Positions 50,290-64,000 of a stretch of 64,000 nucleotides of DNA are shown here, piece by piece. The notes under the pieces were generated by a model. The model was given only the letters and a program-made list of their open reading frames with translations. It was not told where the DNA came from and made no database searches. Origin of the DNA: Mobula birostris (lineage: Eukaryota); NCBI RefSeq assembly GCF_030028105.1, contig NC_092379.1:46982150-47046149 (forward strand). Reading direction: 5' to 3'. The first letter of the stretch is position 1. Each line of letters starts with the position of its first letter. The position numbers and the translations under genes were made by a program.

Positions 50290-52140
50290 TTAGAAATGAC
50301 TTGGATGAAGGCGCCAAAGGTATAGTGGCTAAGTTTGCCGATGATTCAGGTTGGTGGGAATATAAATCCTGGAGAGGTTACAAAGGTGTATAAATAGCTT
50401 AAGTGAATGAAGACCTAGCAAGTAAAATATAAAGTGAAAATGTGAAATCGTCTGTGTCTGCAGGAAAAATAACAAGGCAACATGTTACCTGAATTCTGGG
50501 GTATTTGGATATACCAGTGCATGGTTTGCAAATGTCTAGTTATCGGTTGTAGCAAGTAGAACAGAGAACATGGAACATTACTGTGGGTATATTTAAGGCA
50601 GAGGTTAAAATATTCTTGATTAGTCAGGGCGTGAAGGGATATGGGGAGAAGGCAGGAGATTGGGGCTGAGATGGAAATTAATCAGCCATGATGAATGGTG
50701 GAGCAGATTCGATGTGCCAAATGGCCTAATCCTGCTCCTGTAACTTATGGTCTTTGGAATTAGGATAGAATTAAGTTTTAAGAATTAATGTTTAAATGCA
50801 ATAAAATCAGATTTATTTTGTAGCAACTGGAATTTGGATTGCTTTATTTAAGTATGTAAGGAGCAAGTAATATTTGTGTTTGTATATTCTCTTTCATGAA
50901 TTTAGGATGTCTCAATACAGTTTTACATTAAAAAAATGCGGATGCAATAGGGCCTTTTAAGAGACTGCTGGACAGGTACATGGAGCTCAGAAAAATGGAG
51001 GGCTATGGGAAACCCTAGGTAATTTCTAAGGTAAGGACATGTTTGGCACAGCTTTGTGGGTCAAAGGGCCTGTATTGTGCTGTACGTTTTCTGTGTTTCT
51101 ATTACAGTACGGTACAGACCCTTTGGCCCATAATGTTGTGCCAGTCTTTTAACTTACACTAAGATCAATCTCATCCTTTCCTTCATTTTTCTATCATCCA
51201 TGTGCCTATCTAAGAGTTTCTTAGTTTCCCCGAATGCATCTGCCAATATCACCACCCCTGGCAGGACATCCAACGCACTAACCACTCTGTGTAAAACTAA
51301 ACCTCTGACATACCCTCTCTACGTTCCTCCAGTCACCTTAAAATTATGCTCCCTTGTATTAGTCATCTCTGCCCAAGGGAAAAATGTCTCTGACTATCCA
51401 CTCGATCGATGCCTCTTATTTTGTACACCACTATCAAGTAATTAGGAAAGCTAACAGAATGTAATGGTGTATTGCTTAGGGAATTGAATTCAATATAGAG
51501 GATTTTATTTATTTATTTACTGTGATTCAGTGTGAAGTAGGCCCTTCTGCCCTTTATTGTGTTCAAATGTATGTAGCGTTGACAAAACCTGCATTGGTCT
51601 CCTCATTTGAGAAGGATGGTAATGTCGGAAGCAGTTTGACTTGCTTTTTCATTATAATGCCCAGAATGGACAAGTTGTGCAATAAGGAATGCTTGGCTAT
51701 CTGGGCTTGTAATTGCTGGTTTAGAGTGGTGAGAAGTGATGATTAATACACATTATGTCTGGGTGACTCCTGGTAACATTGACATGCAGAGGGTATTTCC
51801 TCTTATGGGCAAACCTAGAACTAGAAAGTCATTGTTTAAAATTATGAGATTGTTCACTTAAGATAAAGATAAGACAATTTTGTTTCCTGAGATTTATGAG
51901 TCTTTAGAAATCTTCCTTCAAGGACAGTAGAAGTAGAGTGTTTGGACATTTTTCTGGCAAAGCAAAACAGATTCTTAATAAGCAAGGGAGTACAATTTTT
52001 CTGTTGGTAGATGGGAATGCAGAGATGGAGCTGCAGTCAGAGCAGCCTTGATTTTATTAAACAATAGGTCAGGCTTGAGGAGCTGACTGTCTTACTCCTG
52101 ATCCTGTTTGTATGACCTTGTTGAACAGTGGAGCAGGTTT
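50290..52140. mobile_element. Old CR1 RT fragment with several younger CR1 tails inserted
   Basis: aagtttgccgatgat (KFADD) near 50331; CR1 tails near 50580-50755, 50960-51100 and 51100-51440. Confidence 0.65.
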
Positions 52141-53124
52141 GAGGTCCCTTAAGATTTTTCCTTGATCTTTTCATGTGGTCTTTAGTTACTCCTTCCCAAA
52201 AATGTGCTGGGTTTCGCTTTTCAAGTACTAACTTGTAGCTTTGGTTACTGAATGTTTACAATCTATTTTTTTTTTACAAACTCTAGTTCATATCTATTAT
52301 TCTGAGAATAATACTGGAATAGATGCTTGTGGGTTTAACAAGTTGGCAATGTTTCTGAAAGGAGAAAATAGATGAAAGTACCAAAGATATAGGGCAGACA
52401 TATTCACTTAATATGCAGCTGTGCCTTGGGGTTCAATATAAAGGTTCTCTCTCCTCAAGATTCGAGATTCAAGTTTATTTATCACATGTACATTGAAACA
52501 TATATTGAAATATGCTGTTTCATTAACAACCACAAGTGTGTCACCACAGTACCTGATGGTATTAAGTGTACGTGTTTTAGACACCTAAGCTGAAGTCTTA
52601 TCTGCTATGTGTCCACTAGTATGCTCACTTTTGGGAGGTTATACTGTATCAATCTAAATTTCAAAGTTTAATTTACTTAGCTACGTTAGAGGATTTTCCA
52701 GTCGGGTTTTAGCTGACACTATTTCAGGTCCAAGGAGAAGCCTGCAGTTAAGAAAGGAGATTAATCACAGTTATTCTGCTTTAAATGAAGCATGTTTTAT
52801 ATTGCGTAAATTCCAACAGTGATTAGAATGGTACAAAAAAGATTTCCAAATTACAAATACAAAACTTACAAACTAGAAAACTTAACACAGAGTTGCAGAG
52901 TTGTGTAGCTGTTGCTGTGTTTTATGGTATCATTAGTTTTAATAAGGTCAACATAGATACTATAGTATTGTTCCTATTGATCACATCAAATGGATGGGCA
53001 GAGCATATAAATTAGAAGTTTAAGTAGCCTTTCCACTGTGCTCAAAAGCACTATATTGAGGAATAAGGATTTTCAAGCTTGGACAGGTTTTTACTGCGGA
53101 GGCATGGTCAGACAGACACAGACA

Positions 53125-53365
53125 GAGTAGTGTAGCAGTTAGCATAATGCTATTACAGCGCCAGGTCCCTAAGTTAAATTGCGCCACTGCCTGTAAGAAG
53201 TTTGTACGTTGCCCTGTGACCGCATGGGTCTCCTCTAGGTGCTCTGGTTTCTCCCCACATTCTGACAAAGATTAAAGGGTTAATGATTGGTCACGCGGGT
53301 ATAACTGAGCGGCACAGGCTCAATAGACAGGAAGAACCTGATACCGTGCTGTGTCTCTAAATAAG
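53125..53365 (+). mobile_element. V-SINE
   Basis: aagtttgtacgttgccctgtgaccgcatgggtctcctctaggtgctctggtttctcccc. Confidence 0.7.
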
Positions 53366-53809
53366 AACACAAACACACACAGAGCCTTGCCCAAAGTTAT
53401 TTTAGAGTCATTGTACACGTATGTCACCACATAGTACCCTCAGGTTTCTTGCAGACATTCACAGTAGAACAAAGAATCAGTGAAAAACTACACACAATTC
53501 AACCATGTGGAAAAGACGACAAACTATGCAAATACAAAAAAAGAAATCAAACAAATAAATAACTAACGCTGAGAGAATACTAAATTAATAAATAACACCA
53601 CATCAGGTTTCATCAATTTGTCCTGAGCACAACATGACACAAGTCAGATAAGGGGATGTCAAATGCTCAGCTGAAGTGTGGGTCAAAACAAATCTGGAAC
53701 CAGAGGGTCTGAGCCAAAGGATGTTGCTCGAAATAAATCAATCAATATCTTTGGCAACTGCCGAAAAGTGAGGATTGGTTTGCTGCTGGACTCTTCACCA
53801 TGGGGGACA

Positions 53810-54100
53810 TAGAAAGCAGATAGTCCTTCAGTTGCACCACACCAGCCACTCAGGGGGTTTGATCTGTGGTGTTTGTGTGGAGTTTGCACATTCTATCGGT
53901 CACCACCTGGGTTTCCCTAGATGCACTGGTTTGCTCAAACATCTTACAGGCAGACTGGCAGGTTAGTTGGCCTCTGTCTATTACCTCCAAGTAAAGGTGC
54001 ATGGCAGCGGAAGGAGTGTGAGATTGTGATGAACATGTCTGAGAGAACGGGCTGCAAGAAAATATGTGGGTGTGTAAGACTCATGCGAATGCTGAGTAGC
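53810..54100 (+). mobile_element. Decayed V-SINE
   Basis: gtgtggagtttgcacattct...gggtttccctagatgcactggttt. Confidence 0.55.
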
Positions 54101-54429
54101 CTCCTCCTTTGTTATAAGCAAGTTCACTCGTGCTTTCTATGACTCTCTCCCATTCGGCTATTGGAAAGTATTACTGCACTGAAGGGGCTACATTCACTGA
54201 TTGATAGGTTTCTAGAGGTGATCATGGCCTGGAGCCTGGAGAAAAGCTGATCCAAGCTCTCACATGAATCAGGTTAATTTAAAACAACTTCAGACTTTTT
54301 ATGTGGGCTTATCACTGGATGTATACACAGGAGCTTGCAGGCTCTAATTCACACTTCACATTTGGTGCCTGCTCGGGTCTTTTGATCTGCTGTCACCATG
54401 CTCGCATGCCAGCTTTGAATGTAAACAGT

Positions 54430-56735
54430 ATATGAACAAAAGAAATAGGAGCAGGAATCGGCCTTTTGGCCCATTGAGCCTGCTTCGCCATTCAATAAGA
54501 TCTTGGCTGATCTGACCATTGACTCATCTCTACCTGCCTGCCTTTTCCCCAAAACCCTTAATTCCCCTACTATGCAAACATCTATCCAAACTTGTCTTAA
54601 ATACATTTACTGAGGTAGCCTTCACTGCTTCATTGGGCAGAGAATTCCACAGATTCACCACTCTCTGGGAAAAATAATTCCTCCTCATCTCCATCCTAAA
54701 TCTACTCCCCCGAACCTTAAGGCTATGTCCCCTAGTTCTAGTCTCATCTAACAGTGGAAACAACTTTCCTGCATCTATCTTATGTAACCCTTTCATAATT
54801 TTATATGATTCTAAAAGATTTCGTCTTTCTGAATTCCAGCAAGTACAGTTCCAGGCAACTTAATCTCTCCTCATAGCCTAAGCCCCTCATGTCTGGAATC
54901 AATCTGGTGAACCTCCTCTGCTTCGCCTCCAAAGCCAGTATATCCTTCCTCAACTAAGTAGACCAGAACTGCATGCAATACTTCAGATGCAGCTTCACGT
55001 ACCCTATACAGTTGCAGCATAACCCCCCTGCTCTTAAATTCAATGTCTCTAACAATGAAGGCCAACATTCCATTTGCCTTCATGATAGCCTGCTTCATCT
55101 CCAAGTCAACCTTTTGCGATTCATGCACGAGCACTGCCAAGTCCTTCTGCACAGTAGCATGCTGCAATCTTTTACCATTTAAATAATAATCTGGCCTTCC
55201 ATGTTTCCTTCCAAAGAGGGTGACCTCACATTTATCAACATAGCATTTTATCTGCCAGACCTTTTCCCACTCACTTAACCTATCTATGTCTCTCTGCAGA
55301 CTCCCCGTATCTTCTGCATAATTTGCTTCTGCACTCAATTTAGTGTCATCAGTAAACTTAGATACACTACAGTCGGTCCCCTCTTCCAGATCATTAATGA
55401 TATTGTGAACAGTTGCAGGCCCAGAATCGACCCCTGAGGCACACCGCTCACCACTGATTGCCAACCAGGGAAACACCCATGTATCCCAACTCTCTGCTTT
55501 CTATTGGCTAATCAATCTTCTATCCATGCTAATACATCATCCCCAACTCTATGCATCCTTACCTTATGGATAAGTCTTTTATGAGGCACCTTATCGAACG
55601 GTTTCTGGAAATCCAGGTAAATAACGTCCATCTGTTCCCCTCTATCTACTGCGCTTGTTATATCCTCAAAGAACTCCAGTAAGTTTGTCAAACAGGATCT
55701 GCCCTTGCTGAATCCATGCTGCATCTGCCTGATGGATCCATTTCTTGCCAGATGCCTCGCTATTTCTTCTTTAATGATAGCTTCAAGCATTTTCCAACTA
55801 CAGATGTTAAACTAACTGACCTGTAGTTACCTGCTTTAGCCTACATCATTTTTTGAACTGTGGCGTGACATTCGCCGTCTTCTAATCCACCAGAACCTGC
55901 CCACAGTCCAGAGAATTTTAGTTTATTTTCTTTCCTTATTCCCTTTCTTTATTAATTGCTTGATGGTTCTTTATTACTTTTTGAAATTTTCCCAGTCTTC
56001 CAGTTTCCCACTACTCTTGGAGGCTTTCTATTCACACGCTTTTAGTTTGACACCTTCTTTAATTTCCTCAGTTATCCAAAACTGGCTCTCCCCACCCTTA
56101 CTGTCCGTGCTTTTAACTGGAATATACTTTTGTTGAGCACCGTGAAAAATCTCTTTGAAAGTCTTCCACTGCTCCACCATATAGCCTGTGTTCCCAGACT
56201 ACTTTTGCACCCTCCATTTGTATAGGAAACTCAGTCATACTGTGATCACTCTTTCCGAGAGGATCCCTAACTACAAGATCACTAATTTTACCTTTCTCAT
56301 TGCACAGGACCAGATCTAAGATAACACATTGTCTTGTAGGTTAAGTAACACGCTGTTCAAGAAAGCCATCATTTATGCGTTCTATGAAGTCCTCCACAAG
56401 ACTGTCTCGACCAACTTGATTCACCCAATCTATGTGCAAGTTAGTCTCCCATGATAACTGCTGTTCCATTCTCCCATGCCTGAGATATTTCTGTTTACTG
56501 CCTGTGCCACTGTAATGTGATTATTTGGTGGCCGATCGACAACTCCCACCAGGGATTTTTTTTCCCTTACTGTTCCTAATCTCTACCTAGATGGACTCAA
56601 CGTTCTGCTCCTTAGATCTTATATCGTCTCTCACTGTCGCACTGATCTCTTCCTTAGAGCGCTACCCCACCTCCCTTACCTTCCTGCCTATCATACCGTA
56701 TAACCTGATATCCTTGGATATTTAATTCCCAATCT
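54430..56735 (-). mobile_element. CR1 (HER1-like) LINE with internal deletions
   Basis: QHGFSKGRSCLTNLLEFFE, DVIYLDFQKPFDKVPH, SKFTDDTKL, TRTRGHSLKV. Confidence 0.9.
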
Positions 56736-57224
56736 TGACTTAGCTGAGAGGTTGCTTTGAGCGAAGCTGTAAATCATCTACAAGATGTCAGCTCAGCTGA
56801 AATCATCTACATCTCGTAGATTAAATCATTAGTCCCACCTAAGGTGACTTAGCACGTCAACCAAGAGAAACTCTTACAGGAGTGGAGGATGGTGACGTCT
56901 GCAGTCCTTCTGGTGACTTTGGCTTCACCAAGATAAACAGGGTCGGATTCTTCTGCAACTGGGACTCTTCTTGCAGGTTCTCTTCAGGGAAGGCCCGGTC
57001 TTTGAGGAGCATTTCCTTCTGCTCCTGCCTCTGGTGAATTTCCCTGCGCATCTGCCTGGAGAGATAGCGAGATTTTCAATAGCAAGCCATTGTACCAATA
57101 TGAACAATGCCCTCTCCCACCCCTTCAATGTTCCAACCTCATGCGCAGTAGGGCCAGCACGCTCGGCTGTTCCAGAGGGAGCAGTACCGGGGGCAAGGAT
57201 CACCTGTCAGTCTAACATTGAGGG

Positions 57225-58015
57225 GGGTGGGGTGCTCTTTGACATAAGAATGGAGGTGTACCTGACCTTGCACTCAACGTCAGTAAGACCAAAGAACTGA
57301 TTGCAGACCTCAAAGGGTAAGATGAGGGAACACACATCAGTCCTCACAGAGGGATCAGAAGTGGAGAGAGTGAGCAATTTCATGTTCCTGGGTGTCAACA
57401 TCTCTGAGGATATCGATGCAGTTACAAAGAAGGCACAACATCGGCTATATATCATGAGGAGGCTGAGGTGATTTAGTATGTCTGCAAAACACACTTGCAA
57501 ATCTCTACAGATGTACCATGGAGAGCATTCTAATCGGCTGCATCACCATCTGGTATGGTGGGGGGGTGGGCACTGCACAGGACCGAAAGGAGCTACAGAA
57601 AGTTGTGAATTCAGTCAGCTCCATCATGAGCACTAACCTCCCCAGCATCCAGGGCATCTTCAAGGAGCGATGCCTCAAAAAGACGGCCTCCAACATCAAG
57701 GACCCCCATCGCCCAGGGCATGCCCTCTTCTCACTACAACCGTCAGGGAGAAGGTACAGGAGCCTGAAGGCACAAACTCAACAACTCAGGAACAGCTCCT
57801 TCCCCTCAGCCATCAGGTTTCTGAATGGACAATGAAACCATGAACACGAGCTGACTACTTTCCTCCCCCTCTTTTTGCACTACTTCATTAATTTAACTAT
57901 TATATATATACACAGTCATTCACAGTTTTGATTATTATATATTACATTGTACTGCTACCACGTAACAACAAGTTTCACGACGTACCCCAGTGATATGAAC
58001 CAAATTCTGATTCTG
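57225..58015 (+). mobile_element. Rex1-type LINE 3' fragment
   Basis: ESILIGCITIWYG, KDPHRPGHALFS, SGRRYRSLK. Confidence 0.85.
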
Positions 58016-58049
58016 TTCCGTATCACCAGTGATGAATCACCACACTTGA

Positions 58050-59990
58050 TCAGAATCAGGTTTCACATCATTGACATATATTGGGAAAGTTGTTGTGAAA
58101 CTTGCGACATAAAAACACTGTAAGTTGCAATAGGAAACATACTAAAAATTAAACTAAATGAGTAGTGCAAAAAGACTGCACGAAACAGTGAGGTGGTGTT
58201 CCTGGGCTCAATGTCCATTCTGAAATCCGGTGGCACAGGGGAAGAAGCTGTTCCTGAATCGTTGACTGTGGGTCTTCAGGCTCCTGTACCTCCTCCCTGA
58301 TGGTAGCAATGAGAAGAGGGCATGTCCTGGGTGATGGGGATCCTTAATGATGGTAAGAATATATAGCTGTGGAGGGAGAGAACACAGAACCTGACAGTAC
58401 AGTACAGGCCCTTCACCCCATAATGTGGTGCTAATCTTTAACCTACTTTAAGGTCAATTTAACCTTTCCCTTCCACAGAGCCTTCCATTCCTCTATCTTC
58501 CATGTGCCTATCTAACAGTCTCTTTAATGTCCCCAATGTGTCTGCCTCTACCACCACCCCTGGGCAGGGTGTTCCATGCACTCACTACTCTCTGTGTGAA
58601 GAATTTACCTCTGACATCCCCCCCCTATACTTTCCTCCAATTACCTTAAAATGATGCCCCCCTTCCCTATTAGCCACTTCCAACCTGGGAAAAAGTCCCT
58701 GGCTGCCCATTTGATCTATGCCTTTTTCATCTCCTCCATCAAGTCACCTCTCGCTCCAAAGAGAAAAGCCCTAACTCGTTCACCCATTCCCATAAAGACA
58801 TGCTTTCTGATCTGGGCAGCCTGATACAGCCTGTCAGAATGTTTGACATGGTACGTCTATAGAAGTTTGAGTGTTTTAGATGACAAACCAAATCTCCTCA
58901 AACTCCTAATGAAATATAGTTGCTGTCTTCCCATCTTTATAGTTGCATTGATATTTCGGGATCAGGTCAGATCCTCAGAGATCTTGACACCCAGGAACCT
59001 GAAATTGCTCAGTCTCTCCACTTCTGATCCTCTATGAGGATTGGTTCATGTTCCCTCATCTTACCCTCCCTGAAGTCCACAATTGACTCTTCTGTCTTAC
59101 TGATATTGAGTGCAAGGTTTTTGCTGTGATATCACTCAACTAGCTGGTATATCTCACTCCTGTACGCCCTCTCATCTCCACCTGAGATTCTACCAACAAT
59201 CGTCGTATCATCAGAAAATTTATAGATGGCATCTGATCTGTACCTAGCCACAAAGTCATGGCTATAGAGAGAGTGGAGCAGTGGGCTAAGCACACACCCC
59301 TGAGGTGCGCCAGTGCTGATCATCAATGAGGAGGAGATATTATCAGCAATCCACTTAGATTGTGGTCTTCTGGTTAGGAAGTCGATGATCCAATTCCAGA
59401 GGGAGGTACAGAGGCCCAGGTTCTGGAGTTTATCAATCAGGACTATGGGAGTGATGGTGTTAAACGCTGAGCAATAGTCAACAAACAGCATCTTGACATG
59501 GTATTTGGATTGTCCAGATGATCTAAGGCTATGTGAAGAGCCATTAAGATTCCATCTGCCATAAACCTATTGTGGCAATAGGTAAATTGCATTGGGTCCA
59601 GGTCCTTGCTGAGGCAGGAGTTGATTCTAACCATAACCAACCTCCCAAAGCATTTCATCACCGTAGATGTGAGTGCTACTGCATGGTGGTCAATAAGCAG
59701 CATACACTACTCTTCTTAGGCACTGGTATAATTGTTGCCTTTCTGAAGCAGGTAGGATCTTCCGCCAATAGCAATGAGAGGTTGAAGATATCCTTGAGTA
59801 TTGCCGCATGTTGGTGGGCAGAGGTTTTCAGAGCTTTACCAGGTACTCCATCAGGGCCTGCAGCCTTGTGAGAGTTCACCCTCCTGAAAGACAGCCTGAC
59901 ATTAGCCTTCAAGACAGAGATCTCAGGATCACTGGGTGCAGCACGGATCTTCAGAGCTGTAGTTATATTCTCCCTTTCAAAGTAGGCATA
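58050..59990 (-). mobile_element. Rex1-type LINE with a CR1 tail inserted near 58375-58820
   Basis: [47 protein letters not shown]. Confidence 0.88.
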
Positions 59991-60699
59991 AAGATCATTG
60001 AGCTTACAATTCTTTTGTAAGAAATCCTGTTCATGTATGTATCAGGGTACTGAGACCAAGTCAACACATAAAGACTCCACTCTCTAAATCCTTAACTTTA
60101 ATAATGTCATAGCTGATATTCCTCAGCAAGAGGGGTACCAGAATTATTGTCAGACTGTAACTACAACTTGTGTACATTTTGTTTATTATCTTGGTCTCCA
60201 CCAAACCAGAGAGTAGTGAATCTGTGGAATTCTGTGCCACAGGTGGCTGTAGAGGCCAAGTCATTGGGTATATTTAAGGCAGAGGTTGATAGATTCTTGT
60301 TGAGTCAGGGCATGAAGGGATACGGGGAGAAGGCAGGAGATTGTGGCTGAGAGGGAAATAGATCAGTCACGGTGAAATGGCAAAGCAGACTCAATGGCCT
60401 AATTTTGCTCCTATATCTTATGGTCTTATGCTCTTGTGGTACACATTAGTAAACCAGGAATTCCTGAACAAGTTCCTTAAGCCTGTCTTTAGCTGGAGTT
60501 CAGATGTTTGTAGTACAGTTGTATCAGCAGTTAACAGGCTCCTGTAAAATCAGCAGTCTGCTATTTAAATGCAGACACTACCAATTTGTTATAAACTGCC
60601 TTACTTTAAATGAGAATACCTAGTTTAAAATTTAAAACTGTTATTCAAACTGGTGATACTTTCATTTCTAAACTGGGAAATTGATCTTGCTAACCACAA

Positions 60700-61100
60700 G
60701 ACATTCTGTAGATGTTGAAATCCAGAGCAACACACTCAAAATGCCGGAGGAGCTCTTCAGGTCTGACAGCAGCTATAGAAATGAATAAACTGTTGATGTT
60801 TCAGGCTGAGACCCTTCATCAGGACTGGAAAGGAAGGGGGAAGAAACCAGAATAAGAAGGTGGAGGAGGGGAAGGTAGGAGGTGATAGGTGAAATTAGGA
60901 GAGTGGGGAAGAGGGGAGTTGAAGTAAAAACCTGGGAGGTGATAAATGGAAAAGGTAAAGGGTTGGAGAAGAAGAAATCTGATAGGAGTGGGGAGGGGTA
61001 CCAGGGAGAGATGATAGGCAGGTAAGGAGAAGAGAAAAGGTAAGAGGATGCCAGATTGGTGAATTAAAGCAGAGGGTAAGGGGTCTTTCAATCAGGACCA
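60700..61100 (-). mobile_element. Penelope-like terminal fragment
   Basis: Matches the non-coding ends at 27170-27570 and 49140-49500. Confidence 0.7.
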
Positions 61101-61539
61101 CAGCCTTCATTTCTGTGATGGAGAGAGTGGCTAGGCTATACTTTGTATGTGATTCAGCTTTAATCTATATTAATTCACCTTCTTATCAAAATAGATCAAA
61201 GGGCCATTTTTCCTTGAGGATTGGTCCCTGAGAAACTGGTCCAGGCGGCACCTGTTCCAGTTATACAGTTCTGCCCCAGAACATCCATTTTGAACTTCAG
61301 CTGGGCAATTGTAAACTTTCTGGTACAAAAGGCAAAAATCTGTAATTAAGTTTCGAAACAAAGCTAATTTATTTGACAGCATAAATATCATCAAGCCCAT
61401 TACAAGGTTCTGGATATCTGCAGAAATAAACCCCGTGTCTCAGAGTAAATTGGCTTAATACTGATTAGGAATAAGAGTAGAATTCAGCAGTCCAGTTTGA
61501 TGAACAGTTGTTTCATCTGATGGTATCACAGTTCGAGTT

Positions 61540-64000
61540 GGATCTCATAGTGATAAACATGGAAAACGGCCATTCAGCCTGGCGAGTTAGTCCCATCTGC
61601 CCACTTTTGACCCATAACTCTTTAAGCCTTTCCTGTCCATGTACTTACCTAGATAGCTTTTAAATATTGCCCACCTTAAAATTCTGAGGCTCACTTGAAA
61701 TATGTAGCACCCCTTCTGGGAAGAAGCTGCCTCTGAGATTTGTTTTCAAGTTCTTGCCTCTAATCTTAAACCTATGCCTTCTTGTTTTTAGCACACCCTC
61801 CCTGGGGGAGAAATACTGTGTGTTCATCCTGTACTATCACTCATGATCTTGTATTCTCCTGTTTTACCCCTCAATTCCAAGGATTAAAGTCTTAGACTAC
61901 ACATCCTCTCCTAGTAACATACTGGTACTGTAAATCTGTTCCGCACTCTTTATAATTTAATAACATCTTTCCTATAACAGGGTGACCAAAACCCTACACA
62001 ATACTGTACTACAAGAGCAGCTTTAACAATGTTTTTCATAACTGGAACGTAGCTTCCCAATTCCTGTACTCAGCCCCCTGACTGATGAATGCCAGTGTGC
62101 CAGATGTCCTCTTTATCACCCTATCTACCTGAGACGTCGCTTTCAGCGATGTACACACTTTCACTCCTAGGTCCCTCTGTCCCTTAACATGCCCCAGGGT
62201 CTGACGATCCACTGAAAAAATCCCGCCTTGTTTGTTTTGATCTTCCAGAATACAACCTGTCACATTTACCTGGATCAGAAACCATTTACCACTTCTCGGC
62301 CCACTTACCCAGCTGATGAAAATCCCCCTCTAATTTTTTTTTCATACCGTTCTACACTGTCGATAGCACCAGCTATTTAATTGGAATTATAATTGTTTAT
62401 TATTTTCACATGTACTGAACTACAGTGAAAAGCTCACCTCGCATATCCTTAATACAGACCGATTCATTACACAGTGCATCTGCAAACTTACCAAACATGT
62501 CTCGTACGTTCACGCCCAACTTGTTTATGTAAATTACAAACCACAAAGGTCCGAGCACTGACCACTGTGGCACTTCTGGACATAGGTCTCCAGTCCAAGA
62601 AATGGCCCTTGACCATCACCTTCTGCTTCAACCACTGAGCCAATTATGATTCCAATTGATAGTCTCTCTCTGGATCTCATGCAATCAAATTTCTACACTA
62701 GCCAGCCATGAGAAACCTAGTCAAAATCTTTACAGGAAACATCAACTACCCTATCCTCTCCGTTACCTCCAAGTGATTTGTCAGACACAAAGCCATAGTG
62801 ACTGTGCTGAATCAGAGCTTGTCGCCAAATATTGATAGATCCTGTCCCTCAGAATCCCCTCCATCTATTTACTCACCATCAATGTGAGAATCGCTAGCCT
62901 GTAGTTTCCCGTTTTGTTTTACTATTCATTTTAAACAATAGGGCCAAATTAGTGTCTTGATAGTCCTCCAGAGCCTCACGTGTGGCGTCAAAGGTTACAG
63001 GAAGAAGGCAGGAGAATAATGCCGAGAGGGATAATAAATCAGCCATGATGGAATGGCAGACTCAATGGGCTGAATAGCCTAATTCTGCTCCTATGTCTTT
63101 TGGTCTTATGAATAGATGTCTGCCAACATTGTATGTTTAAAAAGGGAAGAAGGGAGAAACCAAGAAATTACAGGCCTGCAGGTCCAAACTTGGTAACAGA
63201 ATATTGGAAATATTCTTGGGCACATAAGCATTGGGGAAGAAGAGGTCATGCTAAGTATGCTAGCATGAATTGAAGACTGCTAAAGCACAAGATAAAGGGT
63301 TGGAACAGTCGGATGTGTTCCACGTATTTTTGCACTACCTTACTTCCCATTTTTCTATTTTCTATTTATGAGTTATAATTTAAAATGTTAATATTTACTA
63401 TTTTTTTACTATTTTTAATATTTAATATTTGTAATCCAGGGAGTGGGAAGCACAGAATCAAATATCGCTGTGATGATTGTACGTTCTAGTACCAATTGTT
63501 TGGCGACAATAAAGTATAAAGTATATTAGGATGTAACAAGTGGAGAGGCCCAATAATCAATCCTTGCTCTTCAATTATTTACAAATTACATTAAAAACCG
63601 GAGGAGGGGACACACTGTGAGGTGTTCAGCTCTGCAGATTACTGTATGTGGGAGAGCATATTGCGGTGCCAGTATTAGAACTCTGAGCTGGATATAAACA
63701 GGATTAAAACTTAACAAATGGAGTTTAATGTGGCAAAGAACAAGACCATGCACCTTGGTAAAAGGAATCAAAAGGCAGTCTGTTCTCCAAGTGGGAGACT
63801 TTGCAGATGAGGGATCTACGTGTTGTTGTATATAAAGCACAAATAAATTACAGGCTTGGTTAAGAGAGAAAATTATATTTTGCCCTTCATTGCAAGAGGG
63901 TTGCAGTTTAGGCATGGAGAGGTATTGTTACAATTCTACACGGTACTAATAAGACCACACCTGGGGTACTGTACACAGTTTTAGTTTCCTTACTTGCAAA
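61540..64000. mobile_element. Decayed CR1 fragments (- at 61540-62930, + at 63120-64000) with short CR1 and Rex1 tails
   Basis: QRDLGVKV...LAFISQG on -; ctaataagaccacacctggggtactgt (LIRPHL.YC) on +. Confidence 0.7.

Noticed and set aside
60051-60199. 9-bp inverted repeat gagaccaag...cttggtctc, resembling a MITE or paired BsaI sites
   Set aside because: Short, no TSD, single copy in the window; compatible with chance.

Overview
Repeat-dense vertebrate genomic DNA, not prokaryotic. The HE1/V-SINE and HER1/CR1-type repeats and the 'KPWKCGDCGKG' zinc-finger style suggest a cartilaginous fish, probably a ray (inference). Three intact genes: an intronless PRMT5 (- strand, 4026-5915) and two convergent C2H2 zinc-finger genes with no visible KRAB domain (11 fingers on +, 9 fingers on -). 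There is also a fossil ZNF and four CpG-island promoters. Most other sequence is decayed CR1, Rex1 and Penelope retroelements, tRNA-derived SINEs, a solo LTR, a Tigger-like and a Chapaev-like DNA transposon, and two minisatellites. Most notable: (1) PRMT5 has no introns, has a ~30-bp phased CCAAT array upstream, and appears nested antisense in an intron of an unrecognised spliced Pro/Gln-rich gene; (2) SINEs with the same head carry different tails; (3) three promoters share a ZNF143-based cassette. Repeat family names come from recalled motifs, not database searches, and repeat boundaries are approximate.
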